Assembly (NCBI GenBank): GCA_026914245.1
Contig: CP110439.1
Span: forward strand, 1,674,001-1,738,000
Direction of reading: 5' to 3'
Source of the DNA: Puccinia triticina
Lineage: Eukaryota
DNA: 64,000 bases
Numbering within the stretch: position 1 is the first letter of the stretch; the number at the start of each line of letters is the position of its first letter. Of this stretch, positions 60,160 to 64,000 are shown piece after piece. The notes below the pieces were generated by a model. It worked only from the letters and a program-made list of their open reading frames with translations, was not told where the DNA came from and made no database searches. The translations under genes were made by a program, and so were the position numbers.

Positions 60160-63003
60160 TTAAGGAATAAACGCAGGAAATGAGGGGAGGTTCTTGTGGA
60201 AGAAGAACGCATTCAGGAGCACGGGGATACACCGAACGCGGTCGAGAGAGGCTTCCAAGACGGCGATGCTGAGCGGAGAGGCCTGCTGTTCACCCCGCCC
60301 GGTGCTGACATCTTGCGGGAGAGCAGGAGTATCAAGCTGGATGGGGTCGTGGGTGGGGTCGTCGAAGAGGGAGTGGCTGAGCAGCCGGATCGGACCCTGC
60401 TCGGTAACGCAGAAAGTCAAGCTAATCAACCGGAACCAATCGTCGTCATCTTCTGCACTGTCGTCCTCGCGCATATCGCTCAGATTAGGTGCATCCGAGG
60501 TCGGCTTCGTCGGCGATGCGGTGGATGGCGAGGACGAAGACGGGCCGGATTTCGGGGCGTCGCCGGGAGGCGGTTGGGGCCGGGCGGGTATGAATTGGAG
60601 GGTTATCGAGTAAGCCGCATGGTTCATGATCATGTCGATCGATATTTCTTCTTTCGCGTCTTTATCTTGAGCGTGAGATCGATCGAGCGATTATTGATGA
60701 GATCGGATATCAATCTCGATGTTTTCTAAATGCAAAATCACACAGTATGTACAACAACAGACCTTTGAACAATCGACCAAATTCGGTCCCAGCGGGGTTT
60801 GAGAACCCAGACGCGCCGGAAGGAAGATTCTGCAAGTTCGCCAGATAATCAGATGAATGGAACCCCTCGAAAGGATCCAACTCTTCCTCCTCCACCTCTT
60901 TAAGAATAACATCCTTCCTCTCCTGATCCGAAAGACTATTTTGATTCAGATTGTGAGGCCGACGGTTGGGGTGCTTTGGGAGATAACAATCCGGATTGAA
61001 GCACGAATTAAACAACTCGTTCAAGATCGATTGCCGTTGACAAATCTAGATGTTTACAGACAAAAGTAAACTGGGTTGGCTGGGGGGGACTGGTTAGCCA
61101 AAGGTATCGAGAAGGAAAAAGACAAACCTTGATGATTTTCAATAGCGAGTCGAGGCTCTCGAATCGGACTTGGGTGATTAGGAACCCTAAATGGGAATTA
61201 GGGTCACCAGAATAAACATCTTCGGCGTCCAGGAAACAGTAAACCTGCGAAAGTCCGTCCTCAAATGCCTACAAACACACGTTTTTTTTTTTGTGTGCAC
61301 GGAGAAGGCATCCTGGAAAACCCCTCAATTTTCCCGAGTCCTTTTAAGCATACCCAACAAAGAGGAGAGACTAAAAAGAAGAACTCAACTTTTCCGAATT
61401 GCTTGGCTTTCCAAGGCGATGCTTTGATATCCCAGTGGGGTTTTTTCTGATGATGAGGGTCGATCGAGGTCATGGATTGATAGACCAACAAGTCCTCCAA
61501 GGAGATCTCAGCGGGAGGCGCGAGATGGTCACTGAAATTGCTGACACCACCAGTGGTGGTAGCAGCAGTCGAGGACAAGGAGGAAGGCGGAGGTAAATGG
61601 ATGGCTGAGACTTCGGCGAGGGCAGCAGCAGTCGCGCGACTGCAAGCCAAAGGCGGATAAAAATGAGCCGTGAAGAGTCCTTTGGGCCCAGCTTGACTTG
61701 TTATTGGCGAGCTCGTCGTCACCGGGGGAGCAGGAGGCGGTTGGAGTGGGTCGGATTGTGACGGCGATGGGGTTGTGGTTGGTGTCAACGCGACAGAGAT
61801 TGCTAATCCTTGGCTAGACTTTTGTTTGATTGCGTCGTTCAGCAAGTCGGTTGAATTGTAGTGGTAGACCAGATCGAGCTGGAGCTGATGGACTGAGGTA
61901 AGGGGGATCCCAGATGGAGGGAGCCTGATGGTTGGGGTAGGGTCGTCTTTTGGTCCGTTTTCTTGCTCTAGTTCTGACTGATGATGTTGATGGTAGTCAG
62001 AGATGAGTTTACGGAAGACCATAAAGTAATCGATCGATGAGGACTGGTTGATCATCAGTTCGTCCAATTCCTTGATTTGGCGCAGTGAGCGTGCAAAGGA
62101 TTGGAGTGAGTTTTGGACGAGTTGGAGTTGGGTGAGCTTGCAGAATGAGTGAGGTGGCTGAGCTTGAAAGAGGTGATGGATGTTAGAGAGTTGATGGGTG
62201 AGTTCATGGTCGATCGACAGGTCCCTCTTGGCCTCTTCTTCGGCAAAGGTATACGAGAATTTTGAGCGATTCACCTGGCCGTGGGTTTGGTCGTGGTTCG
62301 GATCGATCTCAATGTCGATCACGAACAGTTTCCCGGCGATCGTCAGCAGGTTCGAGTCATCTGAGTCTCGAATACATTCCAGGCCGATGTCACGAGCGAG
62401 GGCTTCGATCAGTGGCACACTGGTTCGTGATCGTTGATCCGGCGGTAAGTTTTCGATGAGGAGTGAAGGGTCCAGATAGGTTGAACGTGGAAGTAGGCTG
62501 TATTGTTGATCGAGTGATGACAATGATGATGAGAGGCTTATGGGATGGTGGCTGGATTGATTGAGTTGTTTGATAAATGATTGAGACTGGATGAGTGAGT
62601 TGAGATGAAGGGATGATTGTCGGAGAAGAGCAAATAGTTTGACGATTGATTGATTCGTTGTTGCTGTTGTTGTTGGTGGTACTGTTGCTGTTGCTGCTTC
62701 TGTATTTGTTTCTGTGGTTGTTGCTTCTGCAGTTGCTGCTGCTGCTGCTGTTGAGGCTTTTGGGATTGACTGGTCAAAATGTCTGAGTGATTGTTTGATG
62801 AGTTCGAGGGATTGGATGAGCTCCCGTTTTGGCTGTTCTAGGTTGTCTACCGGTATTGAGAGTGGATGGAGGTGTAGACTGGGGTGATTCTGAGCAAGGA
62901 TGTTTTGGAAGATTTGGTCGAATCTCTCGATGGCTTGATGGCTGAGGTTGATGAGGCTGTTCTTGAGGGCCTGGCTTTCTCCCTGGTTGGCCGTGTTCTC
63001 CAT
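60160..63003 (-). CDS. MED1: Mediator subunit Med1-like protein, about 4 exons
   Basis: IEALARDIGLEC...LTIAGKLFVIDIEI and ICQRQSILNELFNSCF resemble fungal Med1; spliced exons join in frame. Confidence 0.65.
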
Positions 63004-63283
63004 GTTTTCGAAGTCCAGCTGTTGATGATGCGGAGGGTTCTGGATATCACACCGAGTCAGTTTGATTATTTTTTTGGGGAGAGGAAGCGGATGAGATCAT
63101 GAGACCTTCGAGTGGGCAATCGAAGCCAGGGAGATGGGAAAGAGCATGAGAGGGGCCCAAGCAGATATCTAGACCCCCCTTGATCGGGAGCCCCAGTCGG
63201 ACGAGCACCGGAAGCCACCAGCCGCGAACCCCCCGCGGGTTTCATCGGCCCAAGTTCCAACCAACAACCAACCAATCGACAAG

Positions 63284-63942
63284 ATGAACATCCTACGCCA
63301 GCTCATCCTCAGGACTATCAGGCCAACCATCACATCATATCCAGCTCGCCCCTCCAAGACTATCAGGCCCCTCGGCTTCACGAGAACTCAGCAGCCTCAG
63401 CAGCAACGAACATTCTCCGCCAGTCCCTCGACCCAATGGAAATCGATCGGATCACCCAAAAAGAACCGCAAGACGAGAGCAAAACTGCGGACACATCAGG
63501 GGGCTTCGAAGAGGTTCTTTGTCACCGGCCGAGGCCAATTCAAACGAGTTGAGTCCAAATCCACTTCGACCAGAACTGACCGGCGGAGAAGAGAGAACTG
63601 ACTGATCGGCCAAACAAATCTCAGGTCCAAGCCGGAACACAGCATCTGATGACCGGGCTTAGTCAGAGTCGGAAACGGAAGCTCAAACCGATGGTCATCG
63701 TCAAGCGCTCCCAGACAAGTCTCCTCCGAAAGCTACTCCCATACGCCGGTAAACGGGCCGGGTTCAGGAAACTCGATCAGTCTGAAACGGTCTGGTGGCG
63801 CAGCGGGAAACTGCAGAAATCTGGCCTGGCACTCCAACAGGCCATCCAGCGCTCTCACGCCCTCAAGAGATCTCTACTCCCCAATCCACCATCATCATCA
63901 TCATCATCATCTCCTCCTTCGTCTTCCTCACCTGCCCCCTGA
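63284..63942 (+). CDS. Mitochondrial ribosomal protein bL35 family
   Basis: Presequence-like N-terminus; KLRTHQGASKRFFVTGRGQFKR | intron 63548-63624 | VQAGTQHLMTGLSQSRKRKL...LRKLLPY. Confidence 0.88.
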
Positions 63943-64000
63943 ATACAGCACCCTAACCCTCTTCTCTGTAACCCTGCACCCACCATTTTTTTTTTTGGAA

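Overview
Eukaryotic, intron-rich fungal DNA, most likely a rust fungus (Pucciniales). The taxon is inferred from the gene set, a FunK1 kinase, short GT-AG introns and CpG-eroded repeats. GC-rich gene islands alternate with transposon-rich spacers. Host genes: FunK1 kinase, VPS39/VAM6, intron-containing tRNA-Lys(UUU), IQM-type calmodulin-binding protein, DUF866/CZIB zinc protein built from micro-exons, SEC11, AIM18/AIM46-like chalcone-isomerase-fold protein, GYP1-like Rab GAP, MED1-like protein and mitochondrial bL35. Two items stand out. First, a complete 9.4-kb Mutator-like element (1240-10652) encodes a reconstructable 1079-aa transposase-OTU protease fusion plus up to three accessory genes. 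Its terminal motif ACGACTCCC recurs as a helically phased array inside a transposase intron, which recalls plant VANDAL anti-silencing elements. Second, a box H/ACA snoRNA (54764-54963), absent from the ORF track, has a pocket matching the 18S rRNA site guided by snR35/SNORA13. Many MITEs, solo LTRs and a foldback element could be delimited by TIR and TSD. All alignments were done by eye and no database searches were run.
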